Below, one piece after another: positions 10,058-19,195 of a stretch of 64,000 bases of DNA. A program made the position numbers and the translations under genes. Under the pieces are notes generated by a model that saw nothing but the letters and a program-made list of their open reading frames with translations, had not been told where the DNA came from and did no database searches. Source of the DNA: Dysgonamonadaceae bacterium (GTDB lineage: Bacteria; Bacteroidota; Bacteroidia; Bacteroidales; Azobacteroidaceae); assembly GCA_031269685.1 (NCBI GenBank), contig JAISYU010000030.1, positions 729-64,728 of the forward strand, in the 5' to 3' direction. Positions within the stretch are counted from its first letter, which is position 1; every line of letters starts with the position of its first letter.

Positions 10058-11575
10058 ATGAAGAACGTTATTTTAAGTATTTTTTTCCTGCTTCCTGCCA
10101 CCTTGTTCTCGCAGTTTCGTGATGATTTTGGTGACGGTATTTTTCAGGGCAGTCCCGTGCAGACCCGTGACGTAGAATGGACAGGAGATACAGGTCTGTT
10201 TACAGTCAATGACTTAATGCAGCTACAATTGAACGCTACCGAAGCCGGCACGGCTCAATTGCGGACGTCATCAACCCTTTCAGCCAATGCTTGCTGGGAA
10301 TGGTGGATTGGATTAGACTTTAACCCAACCGTAAACAATTATGTCCGCATTTACCTTGTCAGTGACACGGAAGATTTTACTTCTCCCGAACTGAATGGAT
10401 TGTTTGTCCGTATCGGATATACCGATAAAAACATCTGCCTTATTCAGCAATCGGCGGGAAAAAACAATAAAACCCTGATCAAGGGGAGTGAAAAGCGGCT
10501 TAACGCAGAATTCAGTTCTATCTATCTGAAAGCAACTATTGACAGACAGGGTGTATTCAGCCTCTATTCCAGAATGTCGAACGAAAGCGACTATATTAAG
10601 GAAGGCGCTTGTACGATAAAGGAGATATTTACGGGTCAATACTTTGGTCTGTCCTGTATTTTTACTGAAACCCGCAGTAAAAAGTTCTTCTTTGATGAGT
10701 TTGTTGTGCGCGAACTGCGTGACGATGAGCAGGAGGATGCTGAAGATCCCATTTTGGAGGGTGACGTATTAGTAAATGAAATAATGTTCAATCCTCCTAC
10801 AGATGGCAGTGAGTGGATAGAGATTTGTAATTATTCTGAAAAGGCGATTGATCTCAGGTTTTTGAGTATTGCGACAAGGAAACCCTCTGACGGTTCACTC
10901 AACAAGGCATACCCACTTGCTACGAGCTCTGTTTTGCTGAACCCTGACGAATACCTTGTTATCACAAAAGACCGCGAGGGCATCTGTAAGCATTTCAACT
11001 GCCGCGAAGACGCTTTATACGCGGAACTTGCCATATTTCCAGCCTTAGCAAACGGATTCGGTACGATTGTTATATTGAACAACCTGAACGGTGAGATACT
11101 GGACGAGGTATCATACAATAACGACTGGCATTCTGCCGGTATCAACGATACGAAAGGCATTTCCCTTGAGCGCACTAATTCTGACTATCCGTCTAACGAC
11201 CCTTCAAACTGGCATTCTGCTTCTGACGACAGCGGATTTGCTACTCCGGGCTACGAAAACTCCATTCGCAAGAGCAACAATGCAATAGAAGAGTTTACGA
11301 TAGTATATCCACAATTTATAATAGGCAACTGTATCATCCGTTATAGGTTGGACAAGCCCGGATTACGCTGCAACGCCAAGCTATTTGACACTTCCGGCAG
11401 GCTTGTTTCTATCATCTCGGACAACAGTATCTTAGGCGCGGAGGGTGTTTTAACATGTAAGACCAACGGGAAGACGGGCATTTTAATCCTTCACTTGGAA
11501 ATTTATGACATTGACGGTAATGTCCGTTACTTTAAGAGACCCGTTGTGGTAAATATGAAGTCCCAGATTCCCTGA
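10058..11575 (+). CDS. Secreted lamin-tail-domain protein
   Basis: Signal peptide; VNEIMFNPP...SEWIEICN and GISLER...WHSAS...ATPGYENS LTD motifs; 3' end overlaps convergent miaA by 49 bp. Confidence 0.75.
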   Translation: MKNVILSIFFLLPATLFSQFRDDFGDGIFQGSPVQTRDVEWTGDTGLFTVNDLMQLQLNATEAGTAQLRTSSTLSANACWEWWIGLDFNPTVNNYVRIYLVSDTEDFTSPELNGLFVRIGYTDKNICLIQQSAGKNNKTLIKGSEKRLNAEFSSIYLKATIDRQGVFSLYSRMSNESDYIKEGACTIKEIFTGQYFGLSCIFTETRSKKFFFDEFVVRELRDDEQEDAEDPILEGDVLVNEIMFNPPTDGSEWIEICNYSEKAIDLRFLSIATRKPSDGSLNKAYPLATSSVLLNPDEYLVITKDREGICKHFNCREDALYAELAIFPALANGFGTIVILNNLNGEILDEVSYNNDWHSAGINDTKGISLERTNSDYPSNDPSNWHSASDDSGFATPGYENSIRKSNNAIEEFTIVYPQFIIGNCIIRYRLDKPGLRCNAKLFDTSGRLVSIISDNSILGAEGVLTCKTNGKTGILILHLEIYDIDGNVRYFKRPVVVNMKSQIP

Positions 11576-12435
11576 ACGTCATCTGGGTTAAACCATGTAA
11601 TATCCTTGTCTTTTTTTAGCCAAGACATTTGCTTTCTGGCATATATCCTCGTGTTCTTTTTAATTTTCTTCACGGCAAAACTCAGAGTACACTCTCCTGC
11701 GAGGTAACTGAACAGTTCTTTATATCCGACAGTGTTTAGTGCGTTAAAATTCCTGAAGGGATACATCTTTCGCGCTTCTTTCAGGAAGCCGGTATCCATC
11801 ATCTTGTCCACCCGCCTGTTAATTCTTTCGTACAATTCTTCTCTTTCGCGCGTCAGTCCGATTTTTATAATCTTGAACGGGCGGTATTTTATCACATTTT
11901 TCCTCATCAAAGAATAAGGCTGGTTAGCTGTCAGGCATACTTCGAGGGCATGAATCACGCGCTTATGATTTTTACCTTCTACATGCCGGAAAAAAATCGG
12001 ATCCACAACTTCCAGTTTATCGAGTATTGGATTTATGCCTTTTTCTTCGTAAAGTTTTTTCAGTGTCATGCGAATTTCGGGATCGATTGCTGGAATCTCG
12101 TCAATACCTTTGCATACTGCATCGAGGTACATCATTGATCCGCCGGTTATGATGACAACATGATGTTTACTGTACAGTTCCGTAAGCAGGTCCATCACCT
12201 CTTCTTCAAACATACTTGCGTTATAGTAGTCTTTCACAGAAAGATTTCCTATAAAATAATGTTTCACCCGCTTCATTTCCGACTTCTTTGGGGCGGCTGT
12301 ACCTATCGGTATCTCGCGATAGAATTGCCTGGAGTCGGCAGAGATTATCGGCACGCCAAGTTTTTTGGCAAAATCGACGCTCAGGGAGGTTTTTCCCACT
12401 CCCGTCGGACCTGTGAACACGAGCAATGTATTCAT
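11527..12435 (-). CDS. miaA: tRNA dimethylallyltransferase
   Basis: GPTGVGKT, ISADSRQFY, GGSMMY, LNTVGYKE and TRIYARKQ motifs. Confidence 0.95.
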   Translation of the reverse strand: MNTLLVFTGPTGVGKTSLSVDFAKKLGVPIISADSRQFYREIPIGTAAPKKSEMKRVKHYFIGNLSVKDYYNASMFEEEVMDLLTELYSKHHVVIITGGSMMYLDAVCKGIDEIPAIDPEIRMTLKKLYEEKGINPILDKLEVVDPIFFRHVEGKNHKRVIHALEVCLTANQPYSLMRKNVIKYRPFKIIKIGLTREREELYERINRRVDKMMDTGFLKEARKMYPFRNFNALNTVGYKELFSYLAGECTLSFAVKKIKKNTRIYARKQMSWLKKDKDITWFNPDDVQGIWDFIFTTTGLLK

Positions 12436-12436
12436 C

Positions 12437-12976
12437 TCAGCTCCACGGATCGCTTTCGTTCAAGTCATTAAAATCTTCATCGTTATATCCGTCGTCAAAG
12501 TTATCATCTTCGGCGAAAATACCAGCTTTTGCATTTTCAACAACCGATTGGGTATCAAAATCTTCAAAATCGGTAAACTGTTTTGGTGGTACACCTTCAG
12601 AACGGACACACAGTGGATCGAACGGGGGATCATCGTAGGTAATTTCCTTCAATTCGACCATGAATGCCCTTTCGGTCAGTTCTTCAAACACAAACAATAG
12701 CCGTTGATCTTCCTCGTCGATCAGTTCATCGAGCCTTGTTGAATCCATCACGAAACAATCAATGTCGGATGAGGTATTCTTTTCGACGAGAGTTACTTCC
12801 GTATCTTTTTCCCAGTTTTCATTACACAGGAAAAACGATGTAATTTCACTCTTTGTGAATCCTACTGATTCAAGGATAGCATTATTCAGGGCAAAGAAAG
12901 ACGCTTCTCCGTCAATAACTATATCCCTTCTGAATTCTTCAGTTTCATCTGATAAAACAATAAATCTATAAACCAT
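12437..12976 (-). CDS. Conserved Bacteroidetes protein, pRiA4b ORF-3-like, with acidic tail
   Basis: 179 aa; MVYRF...FRRDIVID...SFFLCNENWEK pattern; D/E-rich C-terminus. Confidence 0.65.
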   Translation of the reverse strand: MVYRFIVLSDETEEFRRDIVIDGEASFFALNNAILESVGFTKSEITSFFLCNENWEKDTEVTLVEKNTSSDIDCFVMDSTRLDELIDEEDQRLLFVFEELTERAFMVELKEITYDDPPFDPLCVRSEGVPPKQFTDFEDFDTQSVVENAKAGIFAEDDNFDDGYNDEDFNDLNESDPWS

Positions 12977-13166
12977 GATTTTTCAAAAAATATTGGGTGC
13001 AAAGGTACAAAAGAAAAAAATATATACAACATCTTTTGTGTATTAATACTGTAAAATAAAAATCAACATAACTGCGTTCTCTGTTGTTTTTAAAAGATAC
13101 CTATGGTAAGATATTTTTGCAGGTCGGATGTAAATAAATGCACTTGTCATACCATTTTAACGAAAA

Positions 13167-13198
13167 TTTGTTGCTTTTGAAAAAAATATCTATCTTTG
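13167..13198 (+). promoter_or_regulatory. Primary-sigma promoter of thrS-infC
   Basis: TTTG(13167-13170)-N20-TATCTTTG(13191-13198). Confidence 0.75.
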
Positions 13199-13226
13199 CA
13201 CGCTTTTTTGAGACTAACAAGCACTT

Positions 13227-15167
13227 ATGATTAAAATAACTTTTCCAGACGGTTCGGTCCGCGAATACGAAAAAGGCGTGACCGCAATGCAAATCGCAGA
13301 AAGTATCAGCCCACGACTTGCTCAGGATGTCCTTGCAGCAAGCGTTAACGGTGAAACGCGCGACCTGACGCAACCTGTCGAAGATGATGCTACCGTCCGG
13401 CTCTACAAATGGGACGACCCAGAAGGTAAACATACTTTCTGGCATTCCTCTGCTCACCTTATGGCTGAAGCATTGCAGGCGATTTACCCGAATATCAGGT
13501 TCGGTATCGGTCCGGCTATCGAAAACGGGTTCTACTACGATGTTGACCCCGGTAAAGATATTACAATAAAAGATTCCGATTTGCCGGTGATAGAAAAGAA
13601 AATGCAGGAACTTGCATCGCAGAAGAACCCCATCCGACGTACAAGTATCGCGAAAAAAGATGCTCTCGACATGTTCGGTAAACGGAATGAAACGTATAAA
13701 ACCGAACTAATTGACGAACTCACCGACGGAACTATCACAACCTATACGCAGGGCGACTTTACCGACCTCTGCCGCGGTCCGCACTTGCCGGATACTTCAT
13801 ACATTAAGGCTGTCAAACTGATGTCGGTAGCCGGTGCATACTGGCGCGGCGACATCAACCGTCCACAACTTACCAGAATATACGGTATAACATTTCCAAA
13901 AAAGAAACTACTCGACGATTACCTTATCCTGCTCGAAGAGGCAAAGAAACGTGACCACCGCAAAATCGGCAAGGAAATGGAACTGTTCACATTCTCGCAA
14001 AACGTGGGACAAGGCTTACCGCTCTGGTTGCCAAAAGGTACCCAACTGCGCCTGAAACTTGAAGAGTTCCTGAAAAAGATACAACAGCAATATGGTTATC
14101 AACAAGTAATCACGCCTCATATAGGTAACAAACTGCTATATGTAACTTCCGGTCATTACGCCAAATACGGCAAAGATTCGTTCCGTCCTATCACAACACC
14201 GGAAGAAGGCGAAGAATTTCTGTTGAAGCCTATGAATTGCCCTCACCATTGCGAAATATACAAGGCTTTCCCACGCTCCTACAAGGAACTGCCGCTTCGC
14301 CTCGCTGAGTTCGGTACCGTATATCGCTACGAACAGAGCGGCGAACTTCACGGACTTACCCGCGTGCGAGGCTTTACACAGGACGATGCACATATATTCT
14401 GCACTCCCGAACAGGTTAAAGGTGAATTTATCAAGGTGATGGATATTATCAATACTATTTTCAAGGCTTTGAACTTTACCGAATTTCTGACACAAATATC
14501 ACTCCGTGATCCCGAAAACAAAGAGAAATATATCGGTTCGGAAGAAAATTGGCAAGCAGCGGAACAGGCAATTATAGAAGTTTGTAATGAAAAAGGTGTT
14601 GAGGCTAAAATAGAACTCGGCGAGGCTGCATTCTATGGACCAAAACTTGACTTTATGGTGAAAGATGCACTCGGTCGCCACTGGCAACTCGGTACTATCC
14701 AAGTTGATTACAATCTTCCCGAACGGTTTGAACTCGAATACACCGGCGCAGATAACCAAAAACATCGTCCGGTAATGATTCACCGTGCGCCATTCGGCTC
14801 TATGGAACGCTTTGTGGCTGTGCTGATAGAACATACCGCAGGGAAATTCCCGCTGTGGCTGACTCCCGACCAGGCTGTATTGATTCCGGTAAGCGAGAAA
14901 TTCAATGACTATGCTTATGAAGTCGCAAAAGAATTGAAACAACAGGATATTCGCGTCATTATCGACGACCGAAACGAAAAGATAGGACGCAAAATAAGGG
15001 ATAATGAACTGAAAAAAATCCCATATCTGCTGATAGTAGGAGAGAAGGAAGTTGAGACAAACGAAATTTCCGTCAGGAAACAAGGTGAAGGCGATGCAGG
15101 TTCAATGAAAATTACTGCATTTGCCGACCACTTAAAGAAGGAGATAGAAAACCAAAGTATCGTATAA
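13227..15167 (+). CDS. thrS: Threonine--tRNA ligase
   Basis: TGS domain; [40 protein letters not shown] and AFYGPKLD motifs. Confidence 0.98.
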   Translation: MIKITFPDGSVREYEKGVTAMQIAESISPRLAQDVLAASVNGETRDLTQPVEDDATVRLYKWDDPEGKHTFWHSSAHLMAEALQAIYPNIRFGIGPAIENGFYYDVDPGKDITIKDSDLPVIEKKMQELASQKNPIRRTSIAKKDALDMFGKRNETYKTELIDELTDGTITTYTQGDFTDLCRGPHLPDTSYIKAVKLMSVAGAYWRGDINRPQLTRIYGITFPKKKLLDDYLILLEEAKKRDHRKIGKEMELFTFSQNVGQGLPLWLPKGTQLRLKLEEFLKKIQQQYGYQQVITPHIGNKLLYVTSGHYAKYGKDSFRPITTPEEGEEFLLKPMNCPHHCEIYKAFPRSYKELPLRLAEFGTVYRYEQSGELHGLTRVRGFTQDDAHIFCTPEQVKGEFIKVMDIINTIFKALNFTEFLTQISLRDPENKEKYIGSEENWQAAEQAIIEVCNEKGVEAKIELGEAAFYGPKLDFMVKDALGRHWQLGTIQVDYNLPERFELEYTGADNQKHRPVMIHRAPFGSMERFVAVLIEHTAGKFPLWLTPDQAVLIPVSEKFNDYAYEVAKELKQQDIRVIIDDRNEKIGRKIRDNELKKIPYLLIVGEKEVETNEISVRKQGEGDAGSMKITAFADHLKKEIENQSIV

Positions 15168-15176
15168 AAATGTTTA

Positions 15177-15743
15177 ATGAAGAAAGATAATCTTAAAGAC
15201 CAATTCAGGATTAATGAACAAATCCGAGCCAGAGAAATCAGATTGGTAGGCGACAATGTCCCGCCGGGCATTTATTCAATTTATGACGCCTGCCGTATCG
15301 CTAATGAACAGGGGTTAGACCTGATAGAAATTTCCCCTAACGCAGTCCCGCCGGTGTGCAGGGTGCTTGATTACCAGAAGTTCATCTACCAACAGAAAAA
15401 ACGTCAGAAAGAACTAAAGGCAAACTCCGTTAAAATCGTTGTCAAAGAAATTCGTTTCGGACCTCAAACCGACGATCATGACTATGATTTCAAACTGAAA
15501 CATGCAAGAAGTTTTCTCTCGGAAGGAGCAAAAGTAAAGGCTTATGTCTTCTTCAAAGGACGTTCAATTCTCTTTAAGGAACAGGGTGAAGTCCTTTTGT
15601 TGCGCTTTGCAACTGACCTTGAAGATTACGGAAAAGTTGAACAGATGCCTGCCCTTGAAGGTAAGAAAATGATAATAATGCTTTCGCCAAAGAAACAGGC
15701 AGCGCCAAAGAAAACGGTAAAAAAAGAAGGGGAAGAATATTAA
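15177..15743 (+). CDS. infC: Translation initiation factor IF-3
   Basis: [23 protein letters not shown] and [14 protein letters not shown] motifs. Confidence 0.97.
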   Translation: MKKDNLKDQFRINEQIRAREIRLVGDNVPPGIYSIYDACRIANEQGLDLIEISPNAVPPVCRVLDYQKFIYQQKKRQKELKANSVKIVVKEIRFGPQTDDHDYDFKLKHARSFLSEGAKVKAYVFFKGRSILFKEQGEVLLLRFATDLEDYGKVEQMPALEGKKMIIMLSPKKQAAPKKTVKKEGEEY

Positions 15744-15766
15744 CCTGACAAACGTATTCCTGTTAG

Positions 15767-16960
15767 TTATTCCAGCGCCAGTAGAGCGGTTTTCACGCGC
15801 TTCATAGCTTCGACAAGATTTTCATCGGAAGTAGCATACGAGAAACGCACACAGTCAGGCGCACCAAAAGCGAGTCCTCCAACCGACGCAACGTGACCTT
15901 CTTCAAGCAAATACATTGCCAAATCGGCAGAATGAGCAATTTTCCTGCCTTTGAATGATTTACCGATGTATGCGCTGCAATCGGGAAAGATATAGAAAGC
16001 GCCATCTGGTATTGCGACTTTTAGTTCGGGAATATCTTTAGCCAGGTTTATTATCAGGTTGCGGCGGCGGTGAAAAGCGTCACGCATTATCTTTACGCAA
16101 TCCTGCGAACCGGTATAAGCGGCTTCGGCAGCCTTTTGAGCGATACTGCTTGGACCTGATGTGTATTGTCCCTGGAGTTTATTGCATGCAGAAGCGATCC
16201 ACTGTGGGGCTGCAATCCAACCTAATCGCCATCCGGTCATTGCATAAGATTTCGACACACCGTTTACGATCACTACCTGCTCGCGTATATCGTCGAACTG
16301 TGCAATACTTTCGTGTTGTCCAACATAATTGATATGTTCATAAATCTCATCTGCAATTACAATAATATCTGTATATTTCACCAAAACATCTGCAAGACCT
16401 CTCAATTCTTCACGCGAATAGACGCTGCCGGTTGGATTTGATGGTGAGCAGAGAATTAGTGCTTTGGTGTTGGGTGTTATAGCGGTTTCCAATTGTGCCG
16501 GAGTAATTTTAAAGTCCTGTTCAATTCCTGCTGAAACAATTACATTTGTGCCTCCTGCAAGTTTCACCATTTCGACATAGCTCACCCAGTATGGTGCGGG
16601 AACAATAACTTCATTACCAGGACCGATAATTGACAGTAATACATTACACACCGACTGTTTAGCGCCATTTGAGCAGACGATTTGTCCGGTATTGTAATTG
16701 AGATTATTTTCGTTTTTAAGTTTTTCTGTTATTGCTTTACAAAGAGAAAGGTAACCGGGGACGGGGGAATAGAACGAAAAATTGTCATCTACGGCCTGTT
16801 TTGCCGCATATTTTATGTGATCTGGGGTAAAAAAGTCCGGTTCACCGACGCTCAGGTTAATTACATCTATTCCTTTTGCTTTAAGTTCGTTACTTTTTTG
16901 AGACATAGCCAAGGTCTCGGAGGGGGATAGGGCTGCAAGTCTTTCGGATAATTGAAACAT
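15767..16960 (-). CDS. PLP-dependent class I aminotransferase (aspartate aminotransferase-like)
   Basis: Start MFQLSERL at 16960; GEPDF, SPSNPTGS, DEIYEH and SKSYAMTGWRLG motifs; promoter TAATTTTG at 16995-16988. Confidence 0.92.
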   Translation of the reverse strand: MFQLSERLAALSPSETLAMSQKSNELKAKGIDVINLSVGEPDFFTPDHIKYAAKQAVDDNFSFYSPVPGYLSLCKAITEKLKNENNLNYNTGQIVCSNGAKQSVCNVLLSIIGPGNEVIVPAPYWVSYVEMVKLAGGTNVIVSAGIEQDFKITPAQLETAITPNTKALILCSPSNPTGSVYSREELRGLADVLVKYTDIIVIADEIYEHINYVGQHESIAQFDDIREQVVIVNGVSKSYAMTGWRLGWIAAPQWIASACNKLQGQYTSGPSSIAQKAAEAAYTGSQDCVKIMRDAFHRRRNLIINLAKDIPELKVAIPDGAFYIFPDCSAYIGKSFKGRKIAHSADLAMYLLEEGHVASVGGLAFGAPDCVRFSYATSDENLVEAMKRVKTALLALE

Positions 16961-17046
16961 AATGTATTTTTGATTCTTTTTGGGCTGCAAAATTAATAAA
17001 AAATAATAGAAAAGCAATTCTCCGGGTTGAATAATTTCTTTGAAGT

Positions 17047-17077
17047 TTTGTTTATTGGAAAAAAATTCTTACCTTTG
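17047..17077 (+). promoter_or_regulatory. Primary-sigma promoter of rplS
   Basis: TTTG(17047-17050)-N19-TACCTTTG(17070-17077). Confidence 0.7.
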
Positions 17078-17164
17078 CGCCCGCTTTACGTAACCGCTGA
17101 TAGGAAAAAGAGAGACCTGTGAATGTTGCGTTTGGTTATTTACAAACTATTAAAAGCCAAGAAA

Positions 17165-17518
17165 ATGGATTTAATTAAAGTTGCAGAACAGGCATTTACC
17201 AATTCCGAAGAGCGTGCCTTCCCGAAGTTCAAGAGTGGTGATACGGTCACGGTTGCTTACCGTATTAAGGAAGGGAACAAGGAGCGTATCCAGCAATATC
17301 GCGGGGTAGTGATTAAGATTTCCGGTCATGGCGACCGTAAGCGTTTTACTGTCCGCAAGATGTCGGAAAATGTTGGTGTTGAGCGTATTTTCCCTTTAAA
17401 TTCGCCGTTCATTGACAGCATTACCCGGAACAAGGTTGGAAAAGTTCGTCGCGCGAAGCTTTATTACTTGCGCAAGCTTACCGGAAAGAAAGCGAGGATC
17501 AAGGAGAAAAGAGTTTGA
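17165..17518 (+). CDS. rplS: 50S ribosomal protein L19
   Basis: [33 protein letters not shown] and [12 protein letters not shown] motifs; likely start MDLIK at 17165. Confidence 0.97.
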   Translation: MDLIKVAEQAFTNSEERAFPKFKSGDTVTVAYRIKEGNKERIQQYRGVVIKISGHGDRKRFTVRKMSENVGVERIFPLNSPFIDSITRNKVGKVRRAKLYYLRKLTGKKARIKEKRV

Positions 17519-17531
17519 TTTCCGCAAATTG

Positions 17532-17572
17532 AATTTAACCCCAAAATTACACAGTGATTTTGGGGTTAAATT
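17532..17572. terminator. Intrinsic terminator after rplS, possibly bidirectional
   Basis: Perfect 16-bp stem AATTTAACCCCAAAAT / ATTTTGGGGTTAAATT, 9-nt loop, T-rich tail; lies between convergent genes. Confidence 0.8.
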
Positions 17573-17754
17573 TTATCCATTTTCCGCCGGCAGATTTATT
17601 GTTACGGTCAAATTTCGTAGCATTGGAATTAATATAACCAATCCAGGATAAAGTTTGGAACTGACTACGACGGAATCGCCGGCTTCTCTGTGCAAAATTC
17701 TCTGAGATAGAAGTTATTAACAGGAATATAGTGCGATACGGTGGTTTTAACTTT

Positions 17755-18426
17755 TCACGGTATAATTGCAAAGTATATTTCCGTCCAGGGACCTTTTATG
17801 CCTCTGGTGTTAATCCACCTGGCTGCGAACCACACTCTTTTCCCGCGATCTTCTTCTGTGAAAGTCAGGTCCAGAGGCGGGTTGGTATCTAATTTAACGA
17901 CAGTAAGTTGTGCTATGTCCGTAGGTTTTTCGTTTGCGATGACATATACAAGTTCCAATGTGTGTTGACCTTCCGGTTTAGCCCGTTTAGTTTCGGATTC
18001 ACCGTATTCTATTATCAGGTGACGGATAAGTTTTGTCAAGACTTTCAGCCATGGGAATGTTTTTGCCACCGGCGACGGAGTTAGTGTCTTTTTTGGTACA
18101 GTCAAACCCATGTCTGATTTATCGTCATCGGTAACATTTGGGTTGAACCGTATGTATTGATTGACGAAATTCCTCGTTGCTTTTTGCGCTGCTGCGGCTT
18201 TCAGTCGCCTGTCGAGGCGATCTGTCTTACCTGCGTTTTCGCGTTCGGCGATCTGGTTAGAGATGTGAAAGTCTGCTACGATAATCCGCAGAGTTTCAAA
18301 GGCTTTTAACGTGATACCGAATCTTTTCCTCCGTTCAGCTACAACATCTATGAAGTTAACGAGCCACATTGCAAGTTCAAGGAACGAATGTGGAATGTAA
18401 TCATAGTTTCTTGGTTTTGTTGCCAT
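17755..18426 (-). CDS. Hypothetical protein, 223 aa, helical N-terminus plus beta-sandwich (FN3-like) C-terminus
   Basis: Long ORF with an A-rich ribosome-loading region; DYIP near the N-terminus and C-terminal RGKRVWFAARWINTRGIKGPW..IIP, which I recall as a family of unknown function (not verified by search). Confidence 0.75.
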   Translation of the reverse strand: MATKPRNYDYIPHSFLELAMWLVNFIDVVAERRKRFGITLKAFETLRIIVADFHISNQIAERENAGKTDRLDRRLKAAAAQKATRNFVNQYIRFNPNVTDDDKSDMGLTVPKKTLTPSPVAKTFPWLKVLTKLIRHLIIEYGESETKRAKPEGQHTLELVYVIANEKPTDIAQLTVVKLDTNPPLDLTFTEEDRGKRVWFAARWINTRGIKGPWTEIYFAIIP

Positions 18427-18462
18427 AAATTTTTGGTTTTTTAATGAGTTATTTATAAATAA

Positions 18463-18996
18463 TTAACTAATATTTGCGTAAATTCCGCTACAAATTATAT
18501 CTTTGCCTCTGCAAGTTGCGTAAATTCCGCTACAAATTATATCTTTGCCTCTACAAGTTACGTAAATTCCGCTACAAATTATATCTTTGCCTCTACAATT
18601 TGCGTAAATTCCGCTACAAATTATATCTTTGCCTCTACAAGTTGCGTAGATACCTCTGCACTTTGCAGAGATGCCGCTGCACTTTGCAGAGATGCCGCTG
18701 CATTTTGCAGAGATGCCGCTGCGTTTTGCAGAGATGCCGCTGTACTTTGCAGAGATGCCGCTGTACTTTGCAGAGATGCCGCTGCATTTTGCAGAGATGC
18801 CGCTGCATTTTGCAGAGATGCCGCTGCATTTTGCAGAGATGCCGCTGCGTTTTGCAGTGGAATGGATACAACTTGTGTGGACTCCGCTGCATTTTGCAGT
18901 GATGCCGCTGCGTTTTACGGTGATGCATCTATAAAATGCTGTGATACAACTGAAATCTGTATCTGTATCCTTATAATATGTGGAGTTTACTCTCAT
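18463..18996 (-). CDS. Putative Gly/Cys heptad-repeat peptide (upstream ORF spanning the array), 177 aa
   Basis: ATG 8 nt after a consensus -7 element; (SGISAKC)n followed by (RGKDIICSGIYATC)n; stop 36 nt before the 18426 gene. Expression unproven. Confidence 0.45.
   Translation of the reverse strand: MRVNSTYYKDTDTDFSCITAFYRCITVKRSGITAKCSGVHTSCIHSTAKRSGISAKCSGISAKCSGISAKCSGISAKYSGISAKYSGISAKRSGISAKCSGISAKCSGISAKCRGIYATCRGKDIICSGIYANCRGKDIICSGIYVTCRGKDIICSGIYATCRGKDIICSGIYANIS
18467..18928. repeat. Compound array in one 21-bp phase: 4 x 42-bp units (18474-18641), then 9 near-identical (18656-18844) and 4 degenerate (18845-18928) 21-bp units
   Basis: 42-mer TTGCGTAAATTCCGCTACAAATTATATCTTTGCCTCT(G/A)CAAG; 21-mer CTGCA(C/T)TTTGCAGAGATGCCG with dyad CTGCA-N3-TGCAG; the first half of the 42-mer matches the 21-mer at about 14/21. 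Confidence 0.95.
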
Positions 18997-19004
18997 ATCT
19001 GCGG

Positions 19005-19036
19005 CAAAATTAATACAAAGTTTTCAGACTGCCAAA
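19005..19036 (-). promoter_or_regulatory. Primary-sigma promoter of the repeat-ORF/hypothetical cassette
   Basis: Minus strand TTTG(19036-19033)-N20-TAATTTTG(19012-19005). Confidence 0.7.
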
Positions 19037-19139
19037 TATTTATGGTAGAAATCGTGAAAAAAGTGATATGACTGGATCTATTATGCAGAGAATACAAATT
19101 TTTGCCGATAGTAATATGACGAAATTTTATTTAAGGTTT

Positions 19140-19170
19140 TTTGTTTTTTGATGAAATTGTATTACCTTTG
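19140..19170 (+). promoter_or_regulatory. Primary-sigma promoter of the GHL10 gene
   Basis: TTTG(19140-19143)-N19-TACCTTTG(19163-19170). Confidence 0.7.
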
Positions 19171-19195
19171 CGGACTCTAAATACATAAATTTTGT

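Noticed and set aside
11527-11575. 49-bp convergent overlap of miaA and the lamin-tail gene as antisense regulation
   Set aside because: Short 3' overlaps of convergent genes are common, and nothing else supports a function.
12437-12976. Mobile element, suggested by the pRiA4b ORF-3/IS-passenger family name
   Set aside because: No transposase or terminal repeats are present, and the gene abuts miaA as a housekeeping-like neighbour.
13008-13226. T-box or riboswitch upstream of thrS
   Set aside because: The region is AT-rich divergent promoter DNA, the predicted leader is under 30 nt, and there is no T-box motif.
18467-18928. CRISPR array (palindromic repeats with an apparent unique 21-nt spacer near 18866-18886)
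   Set aside because: Units are head-to-tail without spacers, the odd segment is an in-phase diverged unit (11/21 identity), and there are no cas genes. The same applies to all other arrays.
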